Position numbers and translations under genes: made by a program. From NCBI RefSeq assembly GCF_048593235.1, contig NC_133620.1, positions 478,051,886 to 478,115,885 of the forward strand: 64,000 bases of DNA, given 5' to 3'. The stretch comes from Sminthopsis crassicaudata (Eukaryota). Shown piece after piece: positions 11,451 to 29,690 of this stretch. The notes beneath the pieces were generated by a model. That model was given only the letters and a program-made list of their open reading frames with translations. It had not been told where the DNA came from and did not search any database. Positions within the stretch are counted from its first letter, which is position 1; every line of letters begins with the position of its first letter.

Positions 11451-14400
11451 AGTAATTGTTGCATTTTTTGTATTGTTTCCCCAGCACCTATCAGAATGCC
11501 TGCCTCAGAGCAGCCACTTATTACTCTTTGATTAACTATATAATTCTATAAATTGTTCATGATCTGTAGGTTCATGTAGGTCTGAGCAACAGACATTCTT
11601 TGTCCCCTTGGTGAGATCAAGCTTTTTTAATTCACTCGCCAAATGGACAAACATGGCAGCCAGGGGCAGCACCAGTTGAGAATATGAATTCACTTGTCAA
11701 ATCTTCTAAAGACAGTGGGTTATTACAAGCAGCATCATTTTATGAAACAATGAGAAGTTTATGGAGGGAAAACCAGCTTAAAGACAGCTTGCTGGGAATC
11801 GCCAATTAAACAAAATCTGTCCAAAGGCTAAGATGAAATGAGAACAGCAAACAGACAGATAATGGAAAGATATGTCAAGCTTTTTTAGTCCATTACCTTC
11901 TTCACAAAAAGTAGCGAGCCTTCCTCTCTGGGCTCAAACAGCCTAGCGACCCAGGTACTTTTCGAGAGGTACAAAAGACTCTGAAGGAGACAGAGGGAAG
12001 GGGAGAGCAGCTGGCCTTGACCAGGTGTAGACAGAGGAGATCCACTCTGAGGACAGCTTGAGAATATTCAGGGCTCTACTCTCAGGGCAGCTGAGGAAGT
12101 GGAAAAGACCTTGCACTTTTTTACTGACTCACAAGTTGACTAAGGGGCCTGTTTTCCCTTTCTGCAATTTGTTGACCAAGATGCATCCATTTAGAAAAGG
12201 AGCTGGCCAGCAGGCTAATCCTACCCCTAACCCTAAATGTGCAGCTGTGGAGGGTCTCAGGGTCACTCTCCAGCAGGGCTGGGTCCTGGCTCTCTCCCTC
12301 CATGGGGCTTTGCTCTGAGGATCTCTCAATGAACTCCTTCCCACAACCATCTCAATGAATTTTGTCTTAAACCAGCGTGAGGCTGCCTTTTGAGGTACCA
12401 GCATTCTTCTTTCCAGCTCTGGGGAAGGCTGCGGACAAGCGATGCCCTGGAAGGAGAAGGGCAGCCTCCACGGTTAAAGAGGCAGAAATGGCTACCTGGA
12501 AAGGATTTAGGGCATCCATCAGGGAGGCAGCAATTGGCCTTTACTCTGACCAGGTTTTTCTGAAGCTAGCCCCTGGGGTAGAGTTGGAATGGAAGTGGAT
12601 CTTCCTCCACACTTCCTTCGGACTCTCCAGGTTTGCCCTGGATCGTCCTCAAAGTCCATTTGAATTCCCAAGCAAGGGGTTTGACCCTGGGAGGAAAGCA
12701 GGGCTTGACTAGCACATGGCGGGCTCTATGTATGAGGAAAGAGGGAGCTCCAGACTGGGTCAAGATGCTTGAGGGGACAGATCATGAATATATGGGGCAC
12801 CCCACAAAGCTGGCTTGTAGGGCCCCAGCCATGCTCATCAAGCCTGATTCTCTTCCCCTTCCACACCCTCCCACCGGGTTTTCATGCGATTGCCTGCCAA
12901 CAGCTCAAAGGATCGTTCCTATATTGACCATCTAATTCTTGTTACATCCCCAGGAGGAGTGGGAAGAGAAATAATCATCTGCGAAACCAGGACTTCCCAG
13001 AAATCTGTGCTAATTTTATTTTTAACCTCCCTGATTTAGGTGAACTGTCTGCCAACACAATGTGACAAGAAGTTTGGACTTGGCTCTGCCCCTCGCTAGT
13101 CTTGAGACTGTGTGACTCAGTTTCCCCAGATGTAAAATGAGAGAGCTAGAAGACCCCAAGGTCCCTGCTGGCTCTAAAATGGATTCTGTAAATCACTTCC
13201 TCTCATCTGCTGTCTGCCCCACTTCCCTCCCCTGACTGTTGTGAGGATAAGGGAGATGAAGAATGGGGGGAGGGGTTGTGGTCACGAAGGAGGTGGTTTC
13301 TCTCACAGGCCTTTCTCCATGTCTGAGACTGCTGCCTCCCCCTAGAACGCTACATCTGGAAGGAGAACAGAGCCAGCCGGGGATCAAGCCCCTTCTCTTG
13401 CACAGACTGACTGGGAGACCCTCAAAGCCCCTCTGGCACCTCCAGGCTCTCCCTGACCTCAGGCTCCTCCCACTTCTTCCTCCTGTTTCCTGCTCTTCAC
13501 ATGGCCAGGGTCCCAGGTGGCCACTGCCTGGGTCCCAACCACTCCTGCCTGTTTGCTCACTAGTTCATTCATTCATTCGATGACCATGTATTCCGTGGCT
13601 ACTCCCCGCCAGGCTGTCTCCTTCCTTTAGAGGCACCCCCACCCGTCAGACTCTCCACACATCTGTCCGGGGAACTCAGGTCATTAAAAATTAAACGAAT
13701 GACCCCGGAAGGCAGACCAGAGTCAGGGCCAGGAGCTGGAGGCTCTGCCACAGCCCCCAAGGAAGGTCCGCCCTCCCGCAAGGAAGCGGAGAACTCCCAG
13801 CCCTGCTGGAACAAAGCTCCGGTGGGGGCTCTGTCTGTGGGCAACGCCGGAGAGGGCCCCCCAGCTCCGAGGAGACACACCCAGCCACACCGACGGCGGC
13901 TGCGGCCCGGAACCCACCAAGGTTTGGGCCCCACGGCACCTGCCCGTGTCCTCAGACTAGCCCAAAGCACAGTCGCTCCTACCATGGCCCTCCTAGGAGG
14001 GAGAAGAGTGTGCAAGAGACTGGCAAGGTGTCGGGGAGCCGCTGCGTCTCCATGTGCCATGCCCAGCCTGCCAGTCGGGCACCCGGAGCTGCCCCTGCAC
14101 TTCCAGCGTCCCGAATGAGGACACAGAGGGCATGGGGAGGGGGAGGGAAAGAGGCACTCGGACACCCCCCCCCAGGCACAAATGCCCTCATACCAAATAA
14201 GGGCTGTGTGGTGAGAGCCAAGAGAGTAAAAGAAAACTCCCAGCCCTGTCCCATAACTCCCAGGGCTCAGCCATGGGCAGAGGCTGGGAGGGAGCTGAGA
14301 GGGCATCTGGTTCCACCCTGCCGCGCTCCTGTGACTGGCAGGCACCCTGGCTGGCCCCCACCAGAGGGGGGCACTTGGGCCCTCAGCAGCAGGCTGACCA

Positions 14401-14619
14401 AGTCCCCCCACAGACAGACACCCCCCCACTCCCGCTGGGGAGCTAGAGCTGTCCATGGTACCTGTCCTCCTGCAGCAGGGCCTCCCCACCCTGCCTCTCC
14501 GTCTCCGGGGCTCCGGGCAAGAGGCAATGGGCACTCGAGCTCCCCTCCAAGCCAGGTGGGTTATTCCCGGAGCTCCTGCGGACAGAAGCATCTGCCAAAG
14601 TAGCTGAACACTGACTGCG

Positions 14620-15145
14620 GCTCAGAGGAGAAGAGCAGGGGGAGGGGAGGGAGGAGGGGGAGGAGGAGGGGAAGGAGCAGGAGGAGGAGGGGAGGAGGAG
14701 GGGAGGAGGAGGGTGGATGCTGGGAACTCTGCTCCAATCAGACTGCGGAGGACAAGCAGTTGGGGAAAGGGTGCGCTGGGGAGAGAAGGCAGTCCTCCCA
14801 GTGCAGAGCCCAGCTCTGCTGCAGTGAACAAGAAAAACCCACTGCCTACACACACCCAGCTCTCCCTCCCTCCCTTCTTCCCTCCCTTCCCCCTCCTTTC
14901 TCCCTCCCTCCCTCTCCTCTCCCCTCCCCTCTTCTTCCCTCCTCTTCCCTTCTCCCCCCTCAACTCTCTCCATCTCCTCCTCCTTCCTGCCCTTCCCTCT
15001 GCCCCTCTCTTCTCCCCCACCTCCTCTTACTCACTCCCTCTCCTCTCCCAACTTTTCCTCTCCTCTCCCCTTCTCTCTTCGCTCTCAACTCCTTTCCTTT
15101 CCTCCCCCTCCCTTTTCTCCTCTTTTCCTCTCCTCTCCCTCCCCA
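14620..15145. repeat. Polypurine tract (14620-14712) and polypyrimidine tract (14860-15145)
   Basis: (GGA/GGGA)-rich then (CCT/CCCT)-rich low-complexity sequence. Confidence 0.85.
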
Positions 15146-18100
15146 CCCAAAGACAGCACCACCCAGGAGACAACCCAAAGGAAACGCTCTGCCTTCCATC
15201 ATCCCCAGACCAGGCCAGCCCCCTTAAAGGCTTGCCTTCTTCCTCCCCTCCCCCAGGAGCTCCCAGGGCCTGGCTCTGTCAGAGTAAATACAAAAGCACA
15301 GGCAGCCTAGGGTCCGCTCTCCACAGCCCCCCCATATCCACATCCAAGCGAGGGAGAAAGAGTTTGGCCGCAGGGCGGCACCCCGGGGACTGGATGCGGG
15401 GACTGGGCGCGGGACAAAGGGCCGCTTCCTCATGTGGGATGTGGCGAGGCTGGGCCGGAGCAGAGTATGGCGGATGGGCGAGAACTGGAAGTCCCCAGGA
15501 CTGTCCGGGAGCAGGGCCCGGCAGAGGCCCTTGGGTGGGCGGCCGCTACTATGCTGGGACCAACCCTCCTGTTTCCTGCCAATTCATCCTGCCGCAAGCT
15601 TTGCCCCAAGATTGTGGGGGGTACCCCGGGCCCCCAAGGAGCAGGTGGCAAGGACCTGATTAACTCTGGGGGTTCAAACATCACTTGGGAAGGAACTGAA
15701 GGAGAATGAACTTGTCCAAGTAGATGATGAGCAAACAGAAATGAAAAATGTGTGGGGGCGGGGGGAGAATGGGAAGAAGAGGAGGAAGAGGAGGGGGAGG
15801 GTAGAGAGCAGTGCAAAGAGGCCTGGACCTGGAGTTAAGAAAACCAATGGCTCCACCATTCGTGGACTCCGTGACTTCTGTGTTTCCTGTCTTTGAGCCT
15901 CAGCCTCCTCGCGATGAACTGACCAAAGGCTCTTGTGAGGAGACGAGACCGTGAGCTGCTGGCTGTCTCCCAGAGGCCGAGCCCCCAGGCCTGAGGGCCC
16001 TGCCCCCAGCTGTTCCTCGGTCCACGGGGCAAAGCCCCCCTCACCGACAGAGGAGGCCAGCCCCCAGCCTAGGAGAGGCACAAAGGGAAGGCTCTGTAGG
16101 AAGCCAGGCTCAGCCAGCAGACACCAGCAAAGGCCTCTGGGAGCCGGAGAAACTCTGCCGCTCCCGATTGGCTCCTGCCCCATAAGGTAAGTAGACCTCC
16201 CAGGCACATTCACTATCTATGTCTGTAAAGCACTAGCAGCTGGCAACCCTAAGTGGGGGCGCAGCCAGGGCCTTCCAGAAGCAGGCTGGTCAGCCCCTCC
16301 TATGGGAGGGATGGCATTCACTCCCCAAGCCCATTGCCCAGGATCCCAGATCTAGAACTAGGGGGACCTCAGAGGCCTCGAGGCTCAGGACATGCCTTGG
16401 TCAAGGTCCCGGAGAAAGTGGCAGAGCTTGAATCTGGGTCCTCGGACCCCAGAGCCAGGGCTCTTTTGCTGCCATCCAGGAAGGGTCCGGGAGCATGACA
16501 GGCAGGACAGCTCCCCCCCCAGCTCTCAGCCTGGGCCCAGGAGCTTCACGAGGCAGCTCCCGCCCCAGCTCCTCACAAGGCCCTCCTGGAGAATCGGGAG
16601 CCCCTCTGGGCTGGCTGACAGCTGCCTTGGGGAGAGCCCCTGGAGAGAGGGTTGATGGGGACAATGGGGCAAAATGTCCATGTGTCTGCCCCCCTTCCCT
16701 CACTCGCTCACTGAGAGCCAGCCCCATCCCAGGCACTCTGGGGATTCCAGCCCTCCAGCATGTCCCAGCTTCTGCCTCCTGAGGCTCCCTCCGTGGATGA
16801 ATCAGCCCCTCCCCCAGCAGTCTGGGTCAGCATCCGTTCCTCAGGAATTAACAAAAGGAGGTTTGCTTCTCGGCTACATGTGGCCGCCCTCACCTCCACA
16901 TCCCCTATGCCTCACGGTGCATCGGGCCAACAAGACGGAGGGCTTGGGCCCCGGGGTGCGTAAGTGACCGGGGGAAGTGACTGGGAAGCTGGGACCATTT
17001 CAGGTCAGGGAAAGAACTTGCCTCACTTTCCTGGGGGAGGGGGACCACACAAGGTGGGCTGAGGTGGAGAAACAACCTGGAGCCATGTCCATCCCGCCCC
17101 CCCCCCATGCTGCATCTAGATCCTGGAGGCCTTGCCAGGCCTCCCATTTAGGGGGAGACTTCTCTCCTGGACTACTGCATCTCCACAGAACTTTGTGTCC
17201 CATGCCCCCCTGTCTTCTTCCTTAGAAGGGAAGCTTCCTGGGGGCAGGCCCCATCTTTCTATCTGTATCCCCAGCACCAGAATGGTAGAGTAAGAGTTTA
17301 AAAGTGGTCATTGGCTAACTCATCCTTTGGAAGAATTCCCTGGGGCTAGAAGCAGGTGCAAAGGCAGACTTACACAGAGGCAACTTGGGGAAGTGTCCAG
17401 GAAGGGGGTGGCGAGCTCTGGGAGCCCCGAGGAGGAGCTCTCGGGAGCCGCAGGGTGGCCGCCCGTCAGGCGTGCCCTAGTGGAGATCCTCATGCAGGTC
17501 TGGGCTGGACCACAGGGCATCTTGCCAAGTGGCAGCCCTCTGCGGCCCAGGCTCCCCCTCCACACCCGTGCACCGGGTGGGAGCCCTTTCCTGGACGAGG
17601 AGCTCACTCTCTGTGGATCGTGACCCTCCCGTGCCCCGGAAAGCTCCCTGCAGTCTGGGCTTTCGGTAGGCCATGCCAGGGCAAGGCTGACCTCAGGTCA
17701 CTCAGCCGGCCGCTGAGCGGCCGGCGGCTCCCCACTTCCTTCCCCAGGACTGTTCTGGATGCCCTGGGAACCATCTGTACCAATGCGGTCATAATCTAGA
17801 GGAAGAAAATGAGTAGTGCACAATTACAACAGGGATCCCAAAGCACCAGCCGACCCGGTCCACGGGGAAGGAAAGCGTTTCAGAAGCCCGTCCGCCCGAG
17901 CCAACAGCTGAGCCCCGGCCTCTTGGAGAGGGCTGGGAAGGGCATGGAGAAGAGCGTGTTCCTTTTGCAGGGCTGGGTTCCCAAACGTCCTCCTTCTCCA
18001 TTAGTGGCAGCTGCGGCGGCCCACAGCCTGCAGACTGCTCTGCCCATCCCAGGGCGCTGCTTGAAAGTTTAGAGATGGGAAAATCGGGCCAGAATGGCTC

Positions 18101-19012
18101 TTTCACAAGTTTCAGGAACACCACAGAGGCCATTACTCCGAGGTCAGGAAGACCTTGGGCAGCACAAGGCCTGCCCATGAAAACCGACGAGGGCGGCGGG
18201 CAGAGCCTGCGCCTTCTGGTCATGAATAATAAACGGGAGCAAAGAGGCCCCAGGGTCTGCAGAGAAAAGTGGCGGGGGCAGCAGGCAGGAAGGAGGAAGG
18301 GCGGCCGGCCCTCGGCTCCCTGGCTCTCAGTTTCCTGCCAGAAATTCTTCTCAGAAATATCCTCCTTCAGCCGCGTTTCCAGGAATTTGTTATGAAATCA
18401 AGGTCTCCTCAGCTGCCTGGTCAGGTGGGCAGCCCTTTCCAGCCTCCGCGGGCCCAAGAAGGAGTTGGAGGTCCTAAAAGGGAGAGCAGCATCTCCAGCC
18501 TTCAACCAGCCTTTTTTCCTAGCAGCTGCCAGGTCACAGACTGGACATAGAAACAGGCTATCCCGCTCCCTGAGGAGCGCAGTGTCCAGTGGAAGGAGAC
18601 TTTGTCCGGAACCTCCGCCTCCCTCCCTCCTCGCCTCTGACCCTAAAGGCCTGGGCTTCCCCCAATCTTTCCCCTCTACTGGAGTCCCCACAAATGGGAC
18701 CTAGCTCCTGCTGGTCCTGCACGTGCTCAGAGAGGTCCCTATTGCCTCTTCCTTAATAAGTGCTTATTGGCTGATTGCTCAGCTGAGGCGGTCCGGCCTC
18801 AGCTTCCCCCATAGTTAAGGGCAGACTGCCATCACCTCGAAGGTCAGCACATGGTGAGACCACACCCACTGCCCTCATCCCTGGGAGCTGGAAGAGGGAA
18901 GGGAGGAGCTTGGAGTGGAGTCCCTACTATGTGCCCGCTCCACTTTACCAGTGTTACCTCATTTGAGCCTCACAGTCACTCACCCATGCCGCTTCAGAAG
19001 AAATAAACACTG

Positions 19013-19912
19013 GCTTATTCTCCAATTGATAAATGGTCGAAGGATGTGAACAGACAATTTTCAGATGATGAAATCAAAACTATTTCCACTCATAAGAAAG
19101 AGTGTTCCAAATCACTACTGATCAGAGAAATGCAAATTAAGACAACTCTGAGGTATCATTACACTCCTGTCAGATTGGCTAAGGTGACAGGAACAAATAA
19201 TGATGAATGTTGGAGGGGCTGTGGGAAAACTGGGACACTGATGCATTGTGGGTGGAGTTGTGAAAGAGTCCGGCCATTCTGGAGAGTAATCTGGAATTAT
19301 GCCCCAAAAGTTATCAAAATGTGCACACCCTTTGACCCAGCAGTGCTACTCCTGGGCTTATATCCCAAGGAAATACTGAGGAGGGGAAAGGGACCTGTAT
19401 GTGCCAAAATGTTTGTGGCAGCTCTTTTTGTTGTAGCTAGAAACTGGAAGTTGAATGGATGTCCATCCATTGGAGAATGGTTGGGTAAATTGTGGTCTCT
19501 GAAGGTTATGGAATGTTATTGCTCTGTAAGAAATGACCAGCAGGAGGCGTACAGAGAGGCCTGAGGAGACTCACAGGGACTGATGCTGAGTGAACGAGCA
19601 GGACCAGGTTATTGCCCACGACAAGAAGACTATACAATGATCACTTCGGCTGGACGAGGCTCTTCGCCTAGGGGATGATTCAAACCAGTTCCAGTTGTTC
19701 AGCGATGAAGAGAGCCAAGAGAGGGCCGTGGGAGCTGAGGGTGCAGCCAGCACCCTCACTTACACCAGACTTAACGATACTGCACTCCGAGCCTTCTGGG
19801 GGAGGCCGTGGGGGATGGAGGGAAAGTTGGAGCTCGAGGTTTGCAAGGGCTGATGCTTGAAGAATGGTCCACACACATGTTTTGAAAAATAAAAAGCTTT
19901 AATAAAAAAAAG
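19013..19912 (+). mobile_element. 5'-truncated marsupial L1 (ORF2 C-terminus and 3' UTR)
   Basis: ORF 19046-19564 MNRQFSDDEIKTI...REMQIKTTLRYHYTPVRLAK...CWRGCGKTGTLMHC...FDPAVLLLGLYPKEI is L1 ORF2 C-terminus; tail ...tgttttgaaaaataaaaagctttaataaaaaaa. Confidence 0.93.
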
Positions 19913-19914
19913 AA

Positions 19915-19992
19915 AGAGAGAGAGGAGGGAGGGAGGGAGGGAGGGAGGGAGGGAGGCAGGGAGGGAGGGAGGGAGGGAGGGAGGGAGGGAGG
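19915..19992. repeat. (GGGA)n microsatellite
   Basis: Direct reading; follows the L1 A-tail. Confidence 0.9.
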
Positions 19993-20549
19993 AAACCACT
20001 AAGGAAAAAAAAAAAACTGGCTCGCTCCGAGCTTGCTCGTGGCTGCTGTTTCCCGGGCCAGCAGGTGGCGCCCCAGGTCTAGGGAGAGAAAGTCTGACCA
20101 GTTCCAGCCTCCAAGGCGCCCTAGCCGTGACATCCTGCCCCCTTTCCCCTCCTTCCCCCCCCCCCCCCCCCCTCCTCAGGTTCCTGGAGACCGTGCGGGA
20201 GAAGGAACGGTGACCCTCTCCGTGTCTCTGCGGAGAATCCCCCGGGGGGAGGGGGGAGGCGCAGAGCGATGCAAGTGCAGAGGGGGGCGGGGCTTCACCG
20301 GGCATTAGGATGTGCCTGTCACGTGCCAGGCGCTAGGCCAGCTCTAGGGACCCGGGTCATACGCATGTATTCGCCGCCTGAGGGCAGCAGCCATCTTCTC
20401 TGCCCTTGGGTCTCCCAGACCTCAGGGACCGGACCGAGGACCTCTGAGGACCTTCTCGGCCAGGACGAGGGTAGGAAATCCCCGTGAAATCCTCTTTATT
20501 CACACGGGGGGGGGGGGGGGTTTGGAATCCTGACCTTTGACCTCACCCG

Positions 20550-25845
<5,296 letters not shown>

Positions 25846-26405
25846 GGCCCGGCCTGCTCTGTCCAGCCCGAGCCACACTACCGGGCGTGGCTCGTGTGGT
25901 CAGCCCACCCAGTCGGCCACGGAGCTGCTCCCCTCCCCCCAAGGTCAGGGTGCATGGGGAGGGGCCGCCTGCAGAGGTTTGGATCTGAGCATTGTGTTCA
26001 AAGTCCCGTCTTCCCAATTAGCGGAATTGCTCAGAACACATCCTTGCGGTCCTGAGGGGGCTGTAGGGAGACTTCTAGCCACAGGCACTGGAGGAAGTGG
26101 TCCCCTACCTGTCGACCCTGACCCACGAGGCTGGGCGGGCCCTGGAGGCCACGAGGAGGCAAGAGAGACCCCGGTGCTGGGCCCCAAAGTCTGTCCCTTT
26201 GCCAGAGACTCTGAAGCTGTTCGCATCGTTTTGAGATGAAGCCTGGCCTCTTGATGCAGGGCCCGCAGCCTGGGGGTCTGACCGGGTTTGCTGCCCAGGG
26301 GGCCCTTAGGTTGTGGGTCCGGGAATCCTGCAGTTGCTGGGGGGGTGGGGGGGGCTATGCTGCTTGTCCTTGGGCTTCCTCCCACAAGCTTCCGAATATC
26401 AGTAA

Positions 26406-26411
26406 AATAAA
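26406..26411 (+). terminator. Probable CFAP410 polyadenylation signal
   Basis: AATAAA about 560 nt after the stop codon, followed by a T-rich stretch. Confidence 0.7.
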
Positions 26412-27290
26412 ACATTTTGTCAGAAGGCAGCTGCGCGGTGGTCATCCTTCGGCCATACCCTACCCCGGCCCCAGGTGACCCCACTGGACAGGGGGAAGAA
26501 AGCAGCGGTCACTCTGAAAAAAGCGAGCCAGACAGCCGGGGGGCTTAGGCTGGTGACCCGGACCTGTTATCCGACGGTGGCCGCAGCTAAACAAGAGGGG
26601 GTCGGCCGATATCGGGGGAGTCTGGGCTGTGGAGGGGAGGCTGGAGGCTGCTCCGGGAGAAGCTCGGAAGCGGGACTTCAGCTCCCAGAAGCTTCCTGGA
26701 CTGGGGAGAGATGCATTTCGAAGGCCGGCAGTCCTAGAGGGGCTGAGGTCAGCACAGCACGGGGGCGTGGCTCTCCAGTAACCTCTTGGGAAAGGCCCAA
26801 AGAGGCTGCGCCCTTGGCGCTCCCTGGACCCGCCGCGCTCTGCGACTGTAGCTGGATCCTGTTCCGCTCTTAATAATTAGTGAAGATTCTGAAGAGCTTT
26901 AGTTACTGTGGGTTCTGACATTTCCCATACATTATACATTTGTTAGACGTTACATAATTTTAATTTAAAACAGTATCCCCTCCCCCAAAAAAGATATCTC
27001 CCAGTTTGGCAAATCTCCCAAATGTCCGGCTTCGGCAGAGTCAGCTTTTCTTCGGCATTCAGTCTGTCGCGCTCTTATTTTGGCTGCAACGTGAAGAAAA
27101 GCAGCGAATGGGGCTGGGAAGGGGAGAAGTAGATCCTTCGAATTGGGGTCAAGTTTATTGGTCTTTCACTTAGAAAAGATCTTTTACCCTATAATTCAGT
27201 AACTTTGTGCTTGGTTCGTTTGGAAAATGAAAAATCACTGAGTGAGGAGGATCTTCCAAGTGGGGACACGTTTCATGATCCAGCAGCAAA

Positions 27291-27352
27291 AAAAAAAAAG
27301 GTCCTCGACTTCAGGACTGGTGCTCTATCCACTGAACCACCTAGCTGCCCCT
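27291..27352 (-). mobile_element. Truncated WSINE1-like SINE head
   Basis: Minus strand GGGGCAGCTAGGTGGTTCAGTGGATAGAGCACCAGTCCTGAAGTC then a T-run. Confidence 0.7.
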
Positions 27353-27879
27353 AGAAGACAAGTTCTAATGGAAATGTGGCCATCGGTGTGACATGGGGGA
27401 CCGAGGGGCCTCGATGTTTGGCTCCTTTCTGCCATCGGGCCTCTGGCTCCCCATGCATACCTGGGATTGGCTCTTCCTCCTCACCACCTGCCTTCTAGGG
27501 GAGAATCCATTTTAACCTGTACTGAATATTGAGCACCGGCTGTATGCAAGGCTGCAGGGGGGAAAGGCCCGGAGAAGCCCCTGGGAGACCTGTCCCCACA
27601 GTAATCCATACTAGAATAGTGGCGAGGGGAGCTCCCAGCGTGGGGATCTCCTCCACCGGGCAATCCCCAGCATAGCCAGGGTCTCTCTGCCATAGTCTCT
27701 ACCGCTCTGGAGCTCCTAGGGTAGAAATATGCCCATCACCAGCCAGGACCGCGATGGGGGGGTGAGGGTCAGGTGGAGTGGTGGACCCCCCCCTCTCCAG
27801 CTAATGAAGGACATGGAACATGGCGTAGCCAAGGCGCACATCTAGGTCGCCTTGAGATGAAATGACAAAGTCATTGCCA

Positions 27880-28055
27880 GCATTTTTCAGCTGTGTCTGG
27901 CTCTTCGTGACCCCATTTGGGGTTTTCTTGCCAAGGATATTGGGGTGGTTCCTTCTCCAGCTCATTTTACAAATGAGGAAGTTGAGGCACACAGGATGAA
28001 GTGACTTACCTGGGATCGCACAGAGAGTGTCTGAGGCGGGGTTTGAGCTCAGGGA
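27880..28055 (+). mobile_element. MAR1-like marsupial SINE
   Basis: gtgaccccatttggggttttcttgccaaggatattggggtgg...cattttacaaatgaggaagttgaggcac. Confidence 0.75.
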
Positions 28056-29539
28056 CTTTTGCAGGCTGTTTCTGGTGCCCTCCCCATTTCAGCCCCCCCC
28101 TGGCTACAATGCCCTCCCTCCTCCTCCTGGCCCAGGTTCTGCCTGGTGCTGCTGCCCAGGAGCCTCCATTCGCACTTCCAGGGAGCTTCCCCTTGCATTC
28201 TTGTCTAGCCCAGCCTGGTGCCAGGCCTGGGGCCTCCTCCCTGCTCACCGAGTAGTCCGATCCTGCCTCTCAGCAGTTAGCCGCAGGCAAAGCCCATTGG
28301 AAGGCCTCTGACAAAGCCCCCAAAGCATCTTCTAATAGCGCTCTGAGAGCAAGCTTATTCTGGGCCTCCTGGGTTCCCACGGGTCTGCCCTGCGAGGCTG
28401 CCTGGGCCCAGGGCTCTTCCACCACCACCAAGGGAAGCAGGAGAAGGTCCCCAAGAAGAGGGTCTCCTCCTCGTTCTCACCTGATCCTCTTCTATGTGAG
28501 CAGAAGATAAGGCTGGTGGTGGACCTGGGAGAACCAGGGAGCTGCCCCCTGCTCTGGTCCTCCCTCCCAGCACAGCCTGGGCTCCTTGTCACAAGGGCCC
28601 CGCGACGTGTGGGGTCACGGGAGACTAGGAGGCGGCACATTACTGTCTGCAGATAAGCCACTTTTCGGGCTGCTCTCGGACTCCACTGATGTTGGGGTCC
28701 CTCCACCGATGCAGGTGGCACCTCCTGTCCATTGACCACCAGGATGTCTGCTTTAGGTGCCGTGCTCCTACTGAGCTCTTGGTCAATGGGATACTTGTAG
28801 CTGAACAGGGAGGAAGTCGCCATTGCAGAGAACCAGCAATCGTTTGGCAACACAGGCGATCCCCCTTACGTGTACCTGCCGGAGGACTCGGGTTCAGGGA
28901 GCACGCCTTCTCCAAAGAGCCCCTGGCCAGGATGGTTGATGCTCAGTGCGGACGCAGTGAAGGCCAGGTCTGATTGGAGGCCTTCGGGGACTCTCGTTTC
29001 ACAGCCCAGGCTCTTGGGTTGGCAAAGCCCAAACCATGATTTCTGGCACTATTTCAGCAAGATTTCTCTTAGAGCTCTCCTCCTCCAAGCTGCTCTGGGC
29101 GCTGAAACCACACAGCCTTGCCCAGAGAAGGCCCATATCCAACTCCACCAAATGCTCCCTGTGTGGCTGGGACACTCGGAGCGTGCAAGAGGAAGCAGGT
29201 CCTGACGTCCCCTCAGAGATGGCAGGAAGATCCAACCAGGTCCTTGAGGGAGGGGAGAGCCCTGGCCTGGGAGAGGAATGTCCAGAGGGAATAAGGCTGG
29301 CAAGGGAGGAGGAGCCAAGTGTGTCACAGATCGTGGCCACAGAACAGAACCACTTGGCCAAGCCCCTCTCTGCTCTGGAAGATTGTTTTGGCCAAACCTG
29401 GAGAAAGAAACCAATTAGGAGACCTTTAATAAACCAGTAGGAGCAAGAGGGAAGCCTGGAAGACATTATATTGTAAATCGTTGACAAGTATCTTTGCATA
29501 TATTTGAAAAAGTAAAATACTATTAAAAATACAAGAGAA

Positions 29540-29690
29540 GGGGACAGCTAGGTGCGCAGTGGTTAGAGCACCAGCCCTCAAGAGGGGGACCTGAGTTCAA
29601 ATGTGACTGAGACACTTTAACACTTCCTGGCTGTGTGACCCTGGGCAAGTCACTTAACCCAATTGCCTCAGCAAAAACAAATAAATAAAG
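29540..29690 (+). mobile_element. WSINE1-like tRNA-derived CORE-SINE
   Basis: ggggacagctaggtgcgcagtggttagagcaccagcc...gagttcaaat...ctgtgtgaccctgggcaagtcacttaaccc...ctcagcaaaaa. Confidence 0.85.

Noticed and set aside
13599-15663. ORFs of 330 aa and 316 aa
   Set aside because: GC-rich or low-complexity sequence, no recognisable domain, similar ORFs in several frames on both strands
17705-17725. Perfect 10-1-10 palindrome gccggccgct-g-agcggccggc
   Set aside because: Short and purely GC-driven; expected by chance in this composition
28720-28770. KADILVVNG resemblance to MTHFD or reverse-transcriptase motifs
   Set aside because: The match covers under 10 residues with no flanking support
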